DNA of 64,000 nt from Octopus sinensis (Eukaryota): positions 19,530,001 through 19,594,000 of the forward strand of contig NC_043010.1 in NCBI RefSeq assembly GCF_006345805.1. The letters run 5' to 3'. Both the position numbers and the translations under genes were made by a program. Position 1 is the first letter of the stretch. The number at the start of each line of letters is the position of its first letter. A model generated the notes under the pieces. The model had not been told where the DNA came from. It made no database searches and saw only the letters and a program-made list of their open reading frames with translations. Of the stretch, positions 11,661 through 25,580 are shown one piece after another.

Positions 11661-13485
11661 GTAGTGCAGTCTGCAGGGTGCATTTGCATTTTAAATGCAA
11701 TATGGATTATATAAAGTGGAAAGATAGCAACATCATTAGTCTGTGGGGAAAAATGCTTAGCAGCATTTTGTCCACCTTTGTTTTGAGTTCAAATTCCACC
11801 AAGATGAGCTTTGCCTTTCATCCTTTCATGATGAAAATTCCCCTGAAATTGCTGGCCTTGTACTAGAATTCTGAGTGGCTGTGTGGTAAGAAGCTTGCTT
11901 CCCAACCACTTGGTCCTGGGTTCAGTCCCACTGCATGGCACCTTGGGCAAGTGTCTTCTACTATAGCCTCAGGCCACCAAAGCCTTGTGAGTGGATTTGG
12001 TAGACAGAATTTGAAAGAAGCCAGTCATATATATATATATATATACAAATTGAGATAGGGGTTGTAAATGCAACCCTCTATGGGATAACATATATCCAAT
12101 ATACTGCTAGTGAAGTACCCAACAAAGCTAATACATAAATGTTAATGATTGCGATGCAATCAACTCATTTACTGTATTATATGGGCAAAGGTAAAATGAT
12201 TTACCACAAATTACTAATACAAGATAAGAAAATGGAGAAATACATCTAAATCAAATATCAATTACCAGATAATACTCAATCACATACTTTATTAAACCAC
12301 CACATAAGAGACTGTAGGGTTAAATATAAAAAGCAGAACAAATCAGTGTACATAAAGGAATGTACATAAAAAAGTGTACATAAAAGAGTAATGTTGTATA
12401 ATAAGTAGAATATATATAAAAGAGAATATAAATACAAGTAAATATAAATATAAGTATAAATTAGATCTTACAGCTGTTTCGGCCATGTAGATAAGTATGT
12501 CTCACAGTCAAATGATTGAAACGAATAAAAAAATTAAAATTAATCCAATGTTATGCACTTTATTGTGTTTTGTTATGCATGTGATCCCCAGCCCATGGAA
12601 CTGGTCTGTGATGCAAAAACAGGTTAGGGACTGCAGCCTCACAGTATTTGTCTGAGCTCTTTTAATTCTGTGTTCAAATCCCGCTAAGGTCAATATTTCC
12701 ATTCGTCTTTGTGAGGGTTAAAAAGGAACCAACCAAGTACTGGGTCTGATGTAATTTGACTAACCCCTTCTACCTAAATTAGAAACAATTATTTTGATAA
12801 TTATCTTCATTATCATCACCTGGGATGTTTTTATTAACGATATCTTTGTGATAAGAAGAATCTTTCCTGCTTTCATAATTGCAGATAACCATTATCTGTA
12901 TCATCATCATCATCATCAGCTTATAAACCTCATTATCATATCTTTCTCTTCCCCTCTCTCTCTCTCTCTGTCTCTCTTCCTCTATCCCTCTCATGCACAC
13001 CCTTATCTTCTTTCCATCTTCCCTCCTACTTTCCTACACTGTTCGTACAACAATACCCGGGTACACCTCGTCTCCACCTCACACCTATACATTAATACAT
13101 ACCCCTCATAGACATTGCCATTTATGGTAAAAATATAAAAAGCACTCAAACATCTGAAAGAATAAAAGGAAAATGGAAATGGAAACAATGGCATGAAAAT
13201 AGGGTTTAAAATATGCATTAGCATTGTTGGCCCCACCACCACCACCATGCTCAGAGTTGCCCACTCACCACCACCCGACTCACAGCAATACACTTGCATA
13301 GAAACTTAATGAATTAATAAGCAGGAAGTTCTGGAATTGCTAAGAGGGTGTTGTTTGGCAGTGAGGGATATACACAATACGCACATATACAGGAATACAT
13401 CAGCTTTGTGGGAGCTGCCTGTCCATCAGTCCAAGTTGTATCACACCCTCAGGAAGAGTTGAATAGTTCAGTTCTGTGAATATAG

Positions 13486-13527
<42 letters not shown>

Positions 13528-15271
13528 AGGTACTGCTTAGATTAATACTACTGCTTAGAGTACTACTACAGGTACTGCTTAAATTGATACTACTGCTTCG
13601 AGTACTACTACTACTACTACTAATAATAATAATAATAATATTACTGCTACTACTACTATTGCTACTACTACAGGTACTGCTTAGATTAGTATGTAGTACC
13701 TATTTACAGCCAGATAGCCTGAGCAATGTAAGGATCAAATATCTAGGTGGATGAACACAAAGCTGAGTGGGTGGTATGAACTGCTGACCTGTTGATAGGT
13801 TATCCTGCAAGCTATTATGTTTGTTAATCTCTCTCTCTTGCACGTACACACACACACACTCACTGTTTGTCTGTGCATTATGTTGTATGTAAATACAACA
13901 CACGCACACATCATGCTTAGCAAGGAGAACTTCAATGATTGTGCAGATCAGTAAACTCGGAGTAATAACAGTGAGTTCTCAGTTATTTTTTTAACCTGTT
14001 CAATACTTAAACAACAGTCAGACCACTTCTAAGAATCCACAATCGCCAAAAGCGACAATGTATTGGATAACAGAGAAACTTGAAGAGGAAGATTACCACC
14101 ATCCAGTATTATTATTATTATTATTATTTTTGTCATTATCATCATCAACATCATCATCATCATCATTCTTGTTCTTTCATTAGCACAGTGGTGACCTTGT
14201 TCACACTGGGCCATTTAATTGACTCCCTATCAAATTGTGTAACCCCAGGCAGACAGTACTTTCTGCAGGATTTTTGCTGTTCCTAAAAGTGTTGTCTCTT
14301 CCAGGACAGATTCCAATTGCATCAAAGTTTTTCTTTTTTAAGGATATTTGTGAACAATGTCCCGGTCCTTGCCAAGGTTGACTTTGCCTTCCCTCCTTTT
14401 GGGATTGATAAAATAAGTACCATGAGATGTAACTGACATACCCCATCCCCTCAAAATTGTTAACCTTGTGCTAGAATTAGAAACAAATATAATCGTATTA
14501 TTGTTATTGTCATTGTTGTTGTTATTATTATTATTATTATTAGTAGTAGTAGTAGTAGTAGTAGTAGTAGGCAGTGAGCTGACAGAATCGTTAGTACACT
14601 GGATGAAATGCTTAGCGGTATTTTGCCTTTCATCCTTTCAGGGTCGATAAAGTAAGTACCTATTAATCACTAGAGTCGATGCAATCGACTTATCCCCCTC
14701 TCCAAAATGGCTGCCCTTGTCACAAAATTTGAAACCATTAGGATTTTTATCATTATTATTATTATTTATTTATTTACTTCGGATGATAGATTGTCAACAT
14801 TGTCAGAGCATCAGACAAAATACTTTTGCAGCTGTTGTTATAGTCTGCATTCAAATCCTTCCAATTTAACATTCACTTGGGAGGGTGGGGTTGATATAAT
14901 AATTACTAGTTGAGTCCTGGGGTCAGTTTCATCAACTAGGACCCACTCCACTCTATTTATGTCTTAATTTTCTCTTATCTTTAGGTTTTAGGGTTACTAT
15001 CGTGATATCAGTTACTGAACAAGCATGCAAAAGGACTGATTGCTAGTGGCTACATCCATCTTGGCTTCATACCCAGAAGTCGTTACACCACAGTAGACTT
15101 CTACAGTAAACCTCTTCCTCCTTAGCAACAGAGGGAGACACTGCTGTCCTTGGTAGCAGTTACCTGCCTTAGTTAAATTGTGGAGCCAATCCATTCTTAT
15201 CTTCAACACAACCTGCTCATCCAGCAGTAAACCCCCCCCCTCACCTAAAACCTCATAAATAGCATCAAACG

Positions 15272-15309
15272 GTCACTATGGAGATATATAGCTCTGTTGC
15301 CATGGTGAC
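15272..15309. promoter_or_regulatory. Tandem RFX X-box pair
   Basis: GTCACTATGGAGAT (15272-15285) and GTTGCCATGGTGAC (15296-15309), in unique sequence. Confidence 0.45.
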
Positions 15310-15619
15310 TGACTCTGTCTAGAATCAATAGATTGAAAGCTAAGTTCTACTCCATACATAATCCAGAGTAAACACTCTTTCCACTCCTCACTGAAGACAT
15401 CAGCCATTTGCCTTGGATAATAAGGGCTGCCTGATCAATTGTGAAGGTTATGGGAAAACATCCGGTGCCTGTGGCATATAAAATGACTCCAGAGGTTGTT
15501 GGCAGGAATTGCATCAAGGGTAAAAATTTGCCAAAAACAATGACACACCCAATAAAAATTTTGGCTTTTTTTCTTTTTTGCTTTTTTTTTTTAATTTCTT
15601 TGTATATAAGCGCAAAAAT

Positions 15620-15990
15620 TGCTGTGTGGTAAGTAGCTTGCTTCCCAACCACATGGTTCTGGGTTCAGTCCCACTGTGTGGCATCTTGGGCAGGTGTCTT
15701 CTACTATAGCCTTGGGCTCACCAAAGCCTTGAGAGTGGATTTGGTAGATGGAAACTGAAAGATGCCCATAGTATATATGTGTGTGTGTGTACGTTTGTGT
15801 GTGTGTGTATTTGTCCCCCCTAACATTGTTTGAGAACCAATGCTGGTGTGTTTATGTCCCCATAACTTAGTGGTTCAACAAAAGAGAGACCAATAGAATA
15901 AGTACTAGGCTTACAAAGTATAAGTCCTGGGGTCGATTTGCTCAACTAAAGGTGGTGCTCCAGCATGGCGACAGTCAAAATGATTGAAAC
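15620..15990 (+). mobile_element. SINE family A, near full length
   Basis: Same head, CORE-like motif and tail as 11362-11660. Confidence 0.9.
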
Positions 15991-16627
15991 AGGTAAGAGA
16001 ATCAAAGAAAAGGAAGAAAAAGAACATGCAAAATGCCAAAGGATTTTGGTGGATGATGGGATATTGTGGAACCATTGCTAGCATAGAAGATCAGAGAGAA
16101 GTAAATTCAAAAACTAACAAAGGTGGTGGGGATTCTTTAATCTTTTCCCATTCCACACTAATGCCAATAAGATGATAAAATACATCCGGTCCCTGCTGCG
16201 AAGTTGGTGATAAGAACAACATTCAGCTGCAGAAATTATGCCAAAAATATAGATTGTATGAGCAAGAGGTGGACTCTGGTTGTGTGCAGGAACTTTGAAT
16301 AAGAACTGATGCAAAATAGAGGAAAGCCTTTCGTCTGGCTACATTTAACAATGTCATTTGTGCCAGGGTTGTGATAAAGCAAACCCATTTCATATTCTGT
16401 CATGTTTCTGCAAAGGTGGTTGTTCTTTATTGTTGCGTGCAAAGTGATAACAGACTGCAATAAAATGACAACCCGTCCATGACAATGTGGAAAAATTCAA
16501 GTAAAATTATGATGTGTGTGTGTGTGCGTGTGTGTAGATGTATGTGATTGTAGTAAAATGTGTTTGAGTAGATGCAAGTTTAGTTATACAGATAAATATA
16601 ATCACGTGTTGTATATATTGGTTTTAA

Positions 16628-16850
16628 AAGGCGGCAAGCTGGCAGAAACATTAGCACGCTGGGCGAAATGCTTAGCGGTATTTCATCTGTTTTTACGTTC
16701 TGAGTTCAAATTCTACCGAGGTCAACTTGGCCTTTCATCATTTCGGAGTCGATAAATTAAGTACCAGTTGCGTACTGGGGTCGATCTAATCATCTCACCC
16801 CCTCCCCAGTAATTTCAGTCCTTGTGCCTAGAGTAGAAAAGAATATATTG
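16628..16850 (+). mobile_element. tRNA-derived SINE family B (GCCTTTCATCCTTTCGGGGTCGATAAA domain)
   Basis: Head AAGGCGGCAAGCTGGCAGAA...GAGTTCAAATTC. Other copies: ~12620-12790, 14570-14745, 16853-17058(-), 24780-25010(-), 39980-40715 (x3), 40870-41025(-), 41250-41500(-), 54625-54850, 61000-61215(-). Confidence 0.85.
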
Positions 16851-18315
16851 GTTTCAAATTTTAGCACAAGGCCAGCAGATTTGGAGGTGGGCATAAGTTA
16901 TGTCAATTCCTGGTGCTCAACTGGTAATTATTTTAATCAACCCCAAAAGGATGAAAGCCAAAAGTCGACCCCTGTGGAATTTGAACTTAGAATGTAAACA
17001 GATGAGACACTGCTAAGCATTTCTCCCAGCATGCTAATAATTCTGCCAGCTCACCACCATTTCTGCATGATACTAGTGTATCCGTGTGTGTGTGTGGTGT
17101 GTGTGTGTAAACTTCATGCTGGTTCTTGTTGGCAAGAACAAGTTCATGTTAAGGGTTATTGGTTAACCGGGTACATTGTGGGGGGGGGAGATGGCGGTGG
17201 TGTTGTTATTGTTAGCATCACTGGACCCTTTGTCTTTCTTTCTTGTGTTTTTGTATTTGCTTTGGAGGTGAATGGGGGTGGTGCGGGGAGAGAATAAAAT
17301 GTGAAAGGGACAAGGGTGGGGGCTTGTTTAAATTTCTTGTCACATGAATTCCCCTTTATTTTACTTTGATATCTTGAATGGGACACCACCCACAACTAAT
17401 ACCACCACCACCACCACTCCATCATTGGCACTGTATCACCACCACCACACTGCTTCCAATTCCAGAGAAATGACTGTGTTCTGCTGTACAAACACACTGG
17501 GGCTTCTGTTGATCACTTCTCTCCACACCTCCCACAATACACCCACCACTACCAACACTACTATCATCATCATCATCATTATCATAGCTACATTTGCTAC
17601 CATTATTACCATCAGTCATTTATTTAACACTCTCACCACCACGACCACCATCATCACCATCAACACTATCTTCTTGTTTGCTATTTGTTTGTCAGTATAT
17701 TTGTCCTCACCTCTCTCTCTCTCTCTCTCTCTTGTTATTCCTTAACAACAATAGCCATCCCCTTTCCTGTGCAATGGGAAAGGGGAATATTGTTACAGAC
17801 ATGCATCAAAAATGCTTAACAATGGTAACTTTCTGAAACTAAACATCACTTAATAAAAACTTACTGTGCTTTATGATGATGATGATGACCACAATGATGA
17901 TGGTCCTCATCATCATGATTAACGCAGAAGTCATCTTTATTGTATCTGAGAGTTTGAATAATGGTTATAATAACTCAGCAACTCAAGAGCTGCCCCTACA
18001 CAGGGATTGCATTGTGGCTGAACCAAAGGGGTCCATTGTTGGTTTTTGGTTCTTCTGTTGTAGATCGGTTGTTCAATCAACTGGACTCCCTGCTTGTTGA
18101 ATGGCATGTGAAATGGTTGAGTAATCCACAGATATCTGTGCCTTTAATATAAAATACCTCCCAGAAGTATTTTGATCCCCAAAGGATGAAAGGCAAAGTT
18201 GATCTTGATAGAGTTTTGGAACAAAAAAATAAAAAGGGAAAAAATACCATACTTGTCTAACATTGTGATATTAATTTTAAAAATTCAATGATGATAATAA
18301 TAATAATAATAATAA

Positions 18316-18873
18316 ATGCCTTGATGCAGTACCAGACAGTGGCTCTCATGGCTTCTGATCTTAACTGATTGGAAGTGTTATCATGTACATTGTTTTGTCT
18401 TGGTATAAAAGATGGGCTACAGCAAATATTCTGCTCAACACCACAGATTTGCTTGTCAGTTGTTTGACCTTAACCAGTTGAGCATGTCCCTGAGTGGCTG
18501 ACGATATGTGCATCTCTGATCATGAGCAGAAGTAGTGGGGGAGCATCATAGCCATGTGTTGAGAGGGATTCTTTGGGGTTTGAATAATTCACCTCTGGAA
18601 ACAAGGGTGTTTCGTTCAACATCCTTAAACAACCCTTATTCGGGGACCTTTTGAGTGGGATGGGCTACTTGACCAGAAGAAAATTCTAACTGGGCCCCAC
18701 CTGCAAGGTCATGCACTGTTTATCTTTATATGAGATCACCATGTCGCACATATATGGTTGTGATGCATGTGCCTGGTGTACCCTTATCAGACGGGCAGTC
18801 ATGATGGGTATACAGGGCTTCCTATAATTAACCCCAGTGTCACTTTGATGGCACGCACTGCTCTTTCTCACTC
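18316..18873 (+). mobile_element. ~560-bp non-autonomous interspersed repeat inserted in (AAT)n
   Basis: Second, near-identical copy in opposite orientation at 39391-39929; both flanked by (AAT)n/(ATT)n on the conserved end. Class not determined. Confidence 0.8.
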
Positions 18874-19000
18874 AATAATAATAATAATAATAATGAAGAG
18901 GTGGTGGCAGATGATGCTTAAAATTGAAGTCAGCCCTGATCAGACAGTACTGATCGAAGTTATTCCAGCTATGACCATCCTGTCTTTTTATAAACCAGGG

Positions 19001-19740
19001 TAGATGTGGTGTGTAAGAGAGACGACTGCGCTGGTATGGTCATGTGGCAAGAATGGATGAGGATACTGTGTGAAAAAGTGCCACGCCCTAGCAGTTGAGG
19101 AAACCTGTGGAAGAGGTAGACCCAAGAAGACCTCCATCACTAGTCATTGTCTCAGTGAGGCAATGACTAGTGACCAAGACCTTTGGAAATATGCTGTGCT
19201 TGAGAAGACCTGACAAGCCAAGTGAGACCATAACCCGTGGCCTATGCCAGGGGTGTAACCAGCTCACTTATGCGTACCTTTCCTTCATTGGACACTAAAC
19301 TCTGCTTGCAAAGACAAGTTGAGGCAAGTGAAATCAAAATCAAATTCAATGACTGGCATCCGTGCTAGTGGAGCGGTAAGAGCACCATCCGAGCGTGATC
19401 GTTGCCAGAGCTGCTAACTGACTTCTGTGCCAGTAGCACGGGAAAAATATTCGAGCGAGGTTGTTGCCAGTGCTGCTGGACTGGCCCCTGTGCAAGTGGA
19501 ACATAAAAAACACCATTTGAGTATGGCCGTTGCCAGTATCACCTGATTGACCTTTGTGCCGGTGGCATGTAAAAGCACACACTACACTCTCAGAGTGGTT
19601 GGCATTAGGAAGGGCATCCAGCTGTAGAAACTCTGCCAGATCAGATTGGAGCCTGGTGCAGCCATCTGGTTCGCCACTCCTCAGTCAAATTGTCCAACCC
19701 ATGCCAGCATGGAAAGTGGATGTTAAACGATGATGATGAT
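19001..19740 (+). pseudogene. 5'-truncated RTE-clade LINE: C-terminal ORF remnant + 3' UTR
   Basis: Frameshifted translation RCGV*ERRLRWYGHVARMDED..VKKCHALAVEETCGRGRPKKT...MTSDQDLWKYAVLEKT* has the RLRWxGHVxRM / GRGRPK motifs of RTE ORF ends; tandem-repeat 3' UTR and (GAT)n tail. Confidence 0.85.
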
Positions 19741-22700
19741 TCTGTCCATTGTGTCCTTTCCTTAAGGCATTAGGGTGAAATGAGAGGAAATTTGATTGCT
19801 ATTTTCAGCAGGTTGAGCAACTGCATAGAAGCTCTCTCACTGGTACAATATTTTGACCAGGCAAAACATTTTCCATAGCAAAAAAATTTACCTTGTTTTC
19901 GCATACGAATCCTGAACTAAACAGGATAAAATATTTAGGTCAGCTCTCCACCATCTGCACCATCACTACCATCTTCTGAAATTCCACAAAGATCAACTAA
20001 TGAAACTATGCACAATAAAAACATTCTTGACTCGGTTCTTTTGCTTCTGCTTGACGCCAAGACTTTCAGAAATGTCTTTTATTTACTTTTATTGAAACTT
20101 GGAGAAAACATTAGATATTTCATATAACTGTATTTACTCCGTATTTCTTCTGAATCTACATTGCCCTTGCTTCCCCTCTTCTTGTTCAACATACCACTGT
20201 GACCCCCCACACACACCCTTTAAAGAACCCATTTTTTTTTTACCTTACCATGATTCTGCTTGGGAAACTTATTTCTGGGATTCCCTCCCTGCCAGTGGTT
20301 TGCCCTTCGTCAGTTCCTACAAAACTGCAGCAATCAGAACTGAACATTTAGTCATTTGAGTGATTGTAGATTCTGAAAGCTGTATCACTCGTCACTCATC
20401 TTAGTCATCAGTGAGAGGAGTCGGTAGGCTCCACTGCCACAACTGGTGAGAGAGATGTTGAGGTATGGTAACCCATAAGTGTTTAAACCAACCACATCCA
20501 GTCCAAATATTCTACCTGTTGATGTTCAAACCAGCCAGATCCAGCCCCTCATGCCTACCCTACAATGTGATCCTAAAAATAAAATAATCACTTCAGAATC
20601 TCAAAGCTAAGAGATGAAGCCTGATTAATTCAAAACAATGTGAATAAATAAGGGTTACATTTAAAAGAGTAATCTAAATACCAAAGGGTTCTCTATATGT
20701 GTTTATATATCTTTTTAGCATTTAGACTAGCCATAGCCTCAGTCCAAATATCCTACCAGTTTTATGTTCAAACTGACCAGATCCAGTCTTTTACGCATAC
20801 CCTACATTGTCATTCTAAAAATAGACAATCACATCATCAAAATCTTGAAGCTGTGAGATCATGCGTGATTCATTCAAAACAATGTGAATAAATATGGATT
20901 ACATTTGACAGAATAATGTGATTGCTAAAGGCATAAACATCCAAAGTAAAAGTTTGGCTGTGGAAAGAACCAAGAATCCACATACTTGAATTGCGGTAAA
21001 CCTACCAAATGTACTCAAGGAGCAGGTAATGGCGGTGCTAAAGTAGTCGATATGTTGGACTAATTTCTAACCGTGATTCACAGCCAAATGGGGAACTACT
21101 TGAAATTAGTTCCACTAATAATTACAAAAGTGTATGTCTGATCCACCTATTATTGGCACTCTCTTGGTTATGATGGTGAAGGTTCCAGTTGATCCAATCA
21201 ACAGAACAGCTGGCTTGTGAAATTAACATGCAAGTGGCCAAGTACTCCACAGACACATGTACCCTTAACGTAGTTCTTGGGAAGATTCTGTGTAACACAG
21301 AATGTGACAAGGCTGGCCCTTCAAATTACAGGTACAACTCATTTTTGCCAGCTGAGTGGAATGGAGCAATGTGAAATAAAGTGTCTTGCTTAAGGACACA
21401 TCACACTGCAGGTATTGAACTCCTGACCTTACACTCATGAAACAAATACCCAAACCATTGAGCCATGCCTTCATTTCACCAACCTACGTGCTGCAGATCT
21501 CCCCTCCCATCTGTTGTGCACCTGCTTTGAATAGGTGTGAACCTTGTGGTTTGGGTGCTAGTATAATAAGTGGTTGGTTTATTGAGGCATATTGCCGTGT
21601 GTTTGTAGTGTCTAGCCACAAAATAAGTCTACCAGTTTATGTTGCTGTAATATGAACTGACGAAATGCTGTGGTCTTAGAGTGAGGGAAAGGAAGAGGTG
21701 AGAGTTGTTTGTGGTAGCGAGAGGATGAGGAAGATGTAATTAAGAACTTGTGAAATAGAATCTCAAAAGGTTGAACCTCACAGCTGAAATGATACTGGGT
21801 TGAGGGGGGTGGGGGTGGCTATACTCTACTGCTGACTCATGTTGGTATGGAAATAGCTACTGTTTGATGGTGATATTGGTGAAGATTATTATTATTGTTA
21901 CAGTAGTAGGAAATGTGGGGAGGGTGGTAAATTGACAGTTTCGTTAGAATATCCGACTGAATGGTTTGTAGTATTTAGTTACAACTTGTGATTTCAAATC
22001 TTGCCAAGGTCAAATTCACTTCTCGTCCTTTTCAGCTCAATAAAATCAAGAAGCAATCAAGAAATGGGACTGGAATTGACTGTTCTCCCCCTTTAAATTT
22101 CTGGCCTTGTGCCTATGTTAGAAACATCATCATCATCATGATGCTGTACTAGCACTGCACAATTGTCACCTGTCTCTATCCTCCAGTTTCTTTGGAACCT
22201 ATGATGCAGTCCAGTAGGGCAATCACAGAGGATATTTTTACATGTTATAGAGAGCCTGTTGGCTTTGTTACTGTTTATATATAGGACAACCCTTATCAAG
22301 CAGACCACCTTTGATCAAAAGCTATTCCATCCATGACCACCTTCACTTTTTGCAGAAAACCTAGGACCACATTATTTTAAGACAGTAATATGTATTTCGA
22401 GAGAAATTGGGCTAATGTTTTTTAATGTGTCAAGGGCTTGTATAGAAGCTCCTACTTTGGCACTCTACATTATGGATAGGCCACAGCACAATGTCCCTAT
22501 AAGCTTCTTCTTGTATTTATCTTTCAAGTTACTGAGTGTAGATCAACTGGTCCCAACCAGTTTGCTGCACAAATAAGGAATATGATAACTGCTTGTGATA
22601 TAAAAAAGAAAAAAAAACATTTATCTGATCAAAATTATGTCATAAGTTTTGTTACTTTTGGGGGTTGTTGAAATCATCATTGTATGTCTGTTTTCCATGC

Positions 22701-24737
22701 TGACATGAGTTGGACGGTTTGATAGGAGCTGGCAAAGACAGGAGCTGCACCAAGCTCCCTAGTTTGTTTTGACATGGTTTCTCAAGCTGGATGCCCTTCC
22801 TTACATCAACCACTTTACAGAGTACTTTTTATATGGAACCAGCACCAGGGCTCTTTATGCATCACCTGCACCAGTGCTTCTTTACATGGTGTCATCATCA
22901 GTGCTTTTTACGTGGCACCAGCAAAAAAAATTCTCTAAAAAGTTATGGATAATTCTGCCAACAAATTCAACAAAATTTCAACTTTCAATTCCTCTAACAT
23001 CTGTTTCTTTTAATTGACTTCATTTGAGGAAAACCTCAATAATATTGATTTATTTGTCCAGTACTGTTTTACAATCCATCAATAAATAACCAAATTATAG
23101 GATATTGTATTCCTAGTTCTTTGTTGTGTAGTCTTTGGTGCATAACTTTGGAATGATTGTCTCCTGTGTTCTTCTCTCATTCTAACAACATTGGTAAATA
23201 TTCAACACTTTCCAAGGGAAAAAACTATGGTTTTGTTAATACATTAACAGGCATTGTTACATCTGTGAGAGAATGTTTCAAGTATCACCCCTGAACCAAG
23301 TTAGCTGCAGCAGTTTGTTTGTGGAAGGTTGGCTGCAGCTTATATGGTTGTAGCCAATTACCTCATTTCGCAAGTTGCTGGGAAACAGTCAGCAATGGCC
23401 CTACCCCTACACACAAACGAACACCTCTACCACCAACACCACCCAAATGGTTGTTGTTGTTGTATTCACTAATGCTTTGTACCACCACAAGAGAACCTAT
23501 ACATGATCACTCAAGTTGTAAGAAATAGCAGCCAAATCTCCTTCAAATCATATCCTACCACCACCACCACTACTGCCACCATTGTTATCTTTATCACACA
23601 TTTGCTTCTTCATGCCAACATGGAATGGATGGGTTTCTTGAGGCAGTATTTCATGGCCAGGTGTGCCACTTGTTATGACACACAGTGGCACAGTGAACCG
23701 GTCTGAAACTGGGATACACATCTTAAAAGATTCAGAGCAATGAAGTCCTCTCTGTATTAAAAAGATGTAATGATCACAGCTGAAATGCTTTTGATCATTA
23801 ATCTTCTGGATCAGAGCTGACCTGGGGCTAAACAACAACAGCAACATTACAGCAAGACATTCAGCAAGACAATCCAGTACCCCTCCTCCCAAAACTTGTA
23901 CAGGACGTTTACATTTTCATCTCCTCCAACCCCCACTTGCCCTGCCCACATGACCTGAGTCTATTCCCACATGTCTACTGTTACCATGGATATTATCCCA
24001 AACTAACTCCAAGAAATAAGTCCAAATCCCTCCAAGTTAGGTGTGGTGGTCGTGGCAGTAACAGCTTAACCCCAGGTCACACTTCATCTGGCAGGTCTAT
24101 GATCAAAGGCATTCCAGCCATGGCCATGAGGTCTTTTGTTTTTTTGCTTATTGTACCTGTTATTGCTGATTGAGCAGACCAATCCTCAAAATCATTCCAT
24201 CTATGACCATCCTGTCTTTTTCATGTTCTGAAAACCTAGGATCTCATTATTCAACTTGTTCATTCTTTCAAAATGCAAGGTGTGATTTGAAGAATATCTA
24301 GCTGCTGTTTCTAGCAGGCTGTGTTACCACATTAGCTGGTCAACATCTTTGGTGCATAAGAAGCAATGCAGCCGAGCGGCTGCCTTGCCTCAGACTGTTC
24401 TTTTTATGGATATATCAAGGTGGGAATGTTACCAAAGACAGTTGGAACGGAATACACCGAGCAGGAATTTGGGAGGCGAGGGTGGGGACAGGGTTTATTC
24501 GGTTTACTGCTAAATATTAGGGAGTTGGCTCCCTAACAGTCCCTAGCTTCATTGCAAGTAACGTGATCTGCAGTATTGTAGAACATTCCTGAAATAACTT
24601 GAAATATATTGCTGCTGTAATGTCATCTACATCATCATCATGAGCATACGCACTTGTGTATACCCTCTATACACACACACACACATTATAGACATATATA
24701 TATATATACATACATATATATATATGTTAAATGAAGA

Positions 24738-24775
<38 letters not shown>

Positions 24776-25523
24776 CCATTTCTTTACTACCCATAAGGGG
24801 CTAAACACAGAGGGGACAAACAAGGTCAGACAAATGGATTAAGTCGATTACATCGACCCCAGTGTGTAACTGGTACTTAATTTATCGACCCCGAAAGGAT
24901 GAAAGGCAAAGTCGACCTTGGCAGAATTTGAACTCAGAACGTAAAGACAGACGATATACTGCTAAGCGTTTTGCTCGGCATGCTAAAGTTTCTGCCAGCT
25001 CGCCGCCGTCTGTGTATATATATATATATATATATACCCCCTGTCATCAACATCATCAGTTAACAACGCATGTATGTACTCCCTCTACACATGTACATGT
25101 TTTATACCTTCTGTCGTCATCATGAACATCATCACCAGCCTTGTCATCATCTATTGCTGTTCAAACATTGGTCTCTCTCTCTCCACATCCCACGCTTTGC
25201 AGCCAGTGGTGTCTGGGTCATAACGCTCCATGTAGATGTGTAACTCCAGGATTTCCACTCAATCCTTCTTTCTCTTTCACTGATTATCTACGCAGTTTAC
25301 AGACATATGTTGCTATTCTACATACACAGAATCACATGTAGATATGCACTAATCTATGCACATACATTTTAACACATACATTCACTGTCCAACACACAAA
25401 CACACACATTACAGTCTCAGAAATGAAGAAAAATCTGAAGAATTTAGCTGGGCTTGATTTCCTGATCTTTGAATAGCAATGGCGGTGGAGTGGAGTTACT
25501 ATGAACTTGAGCGTGTAAGGGTG

Positions 25524-25580
<57 letters not shown>

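Noticed and set aside
15012-15652. Minus-strand ORFs (65 and 101 aa) in unique sequence
   Set aside because: No recognisable domain, splice signals or consistent frame.
23980-23993. Single X-box-like matches (23980 GTTACCATGGATAT, 32172, 60304, 31510)
   Set aside because: The loose consensus is expected several times by chance in 64 kb; only the paired or strict sites were kept.
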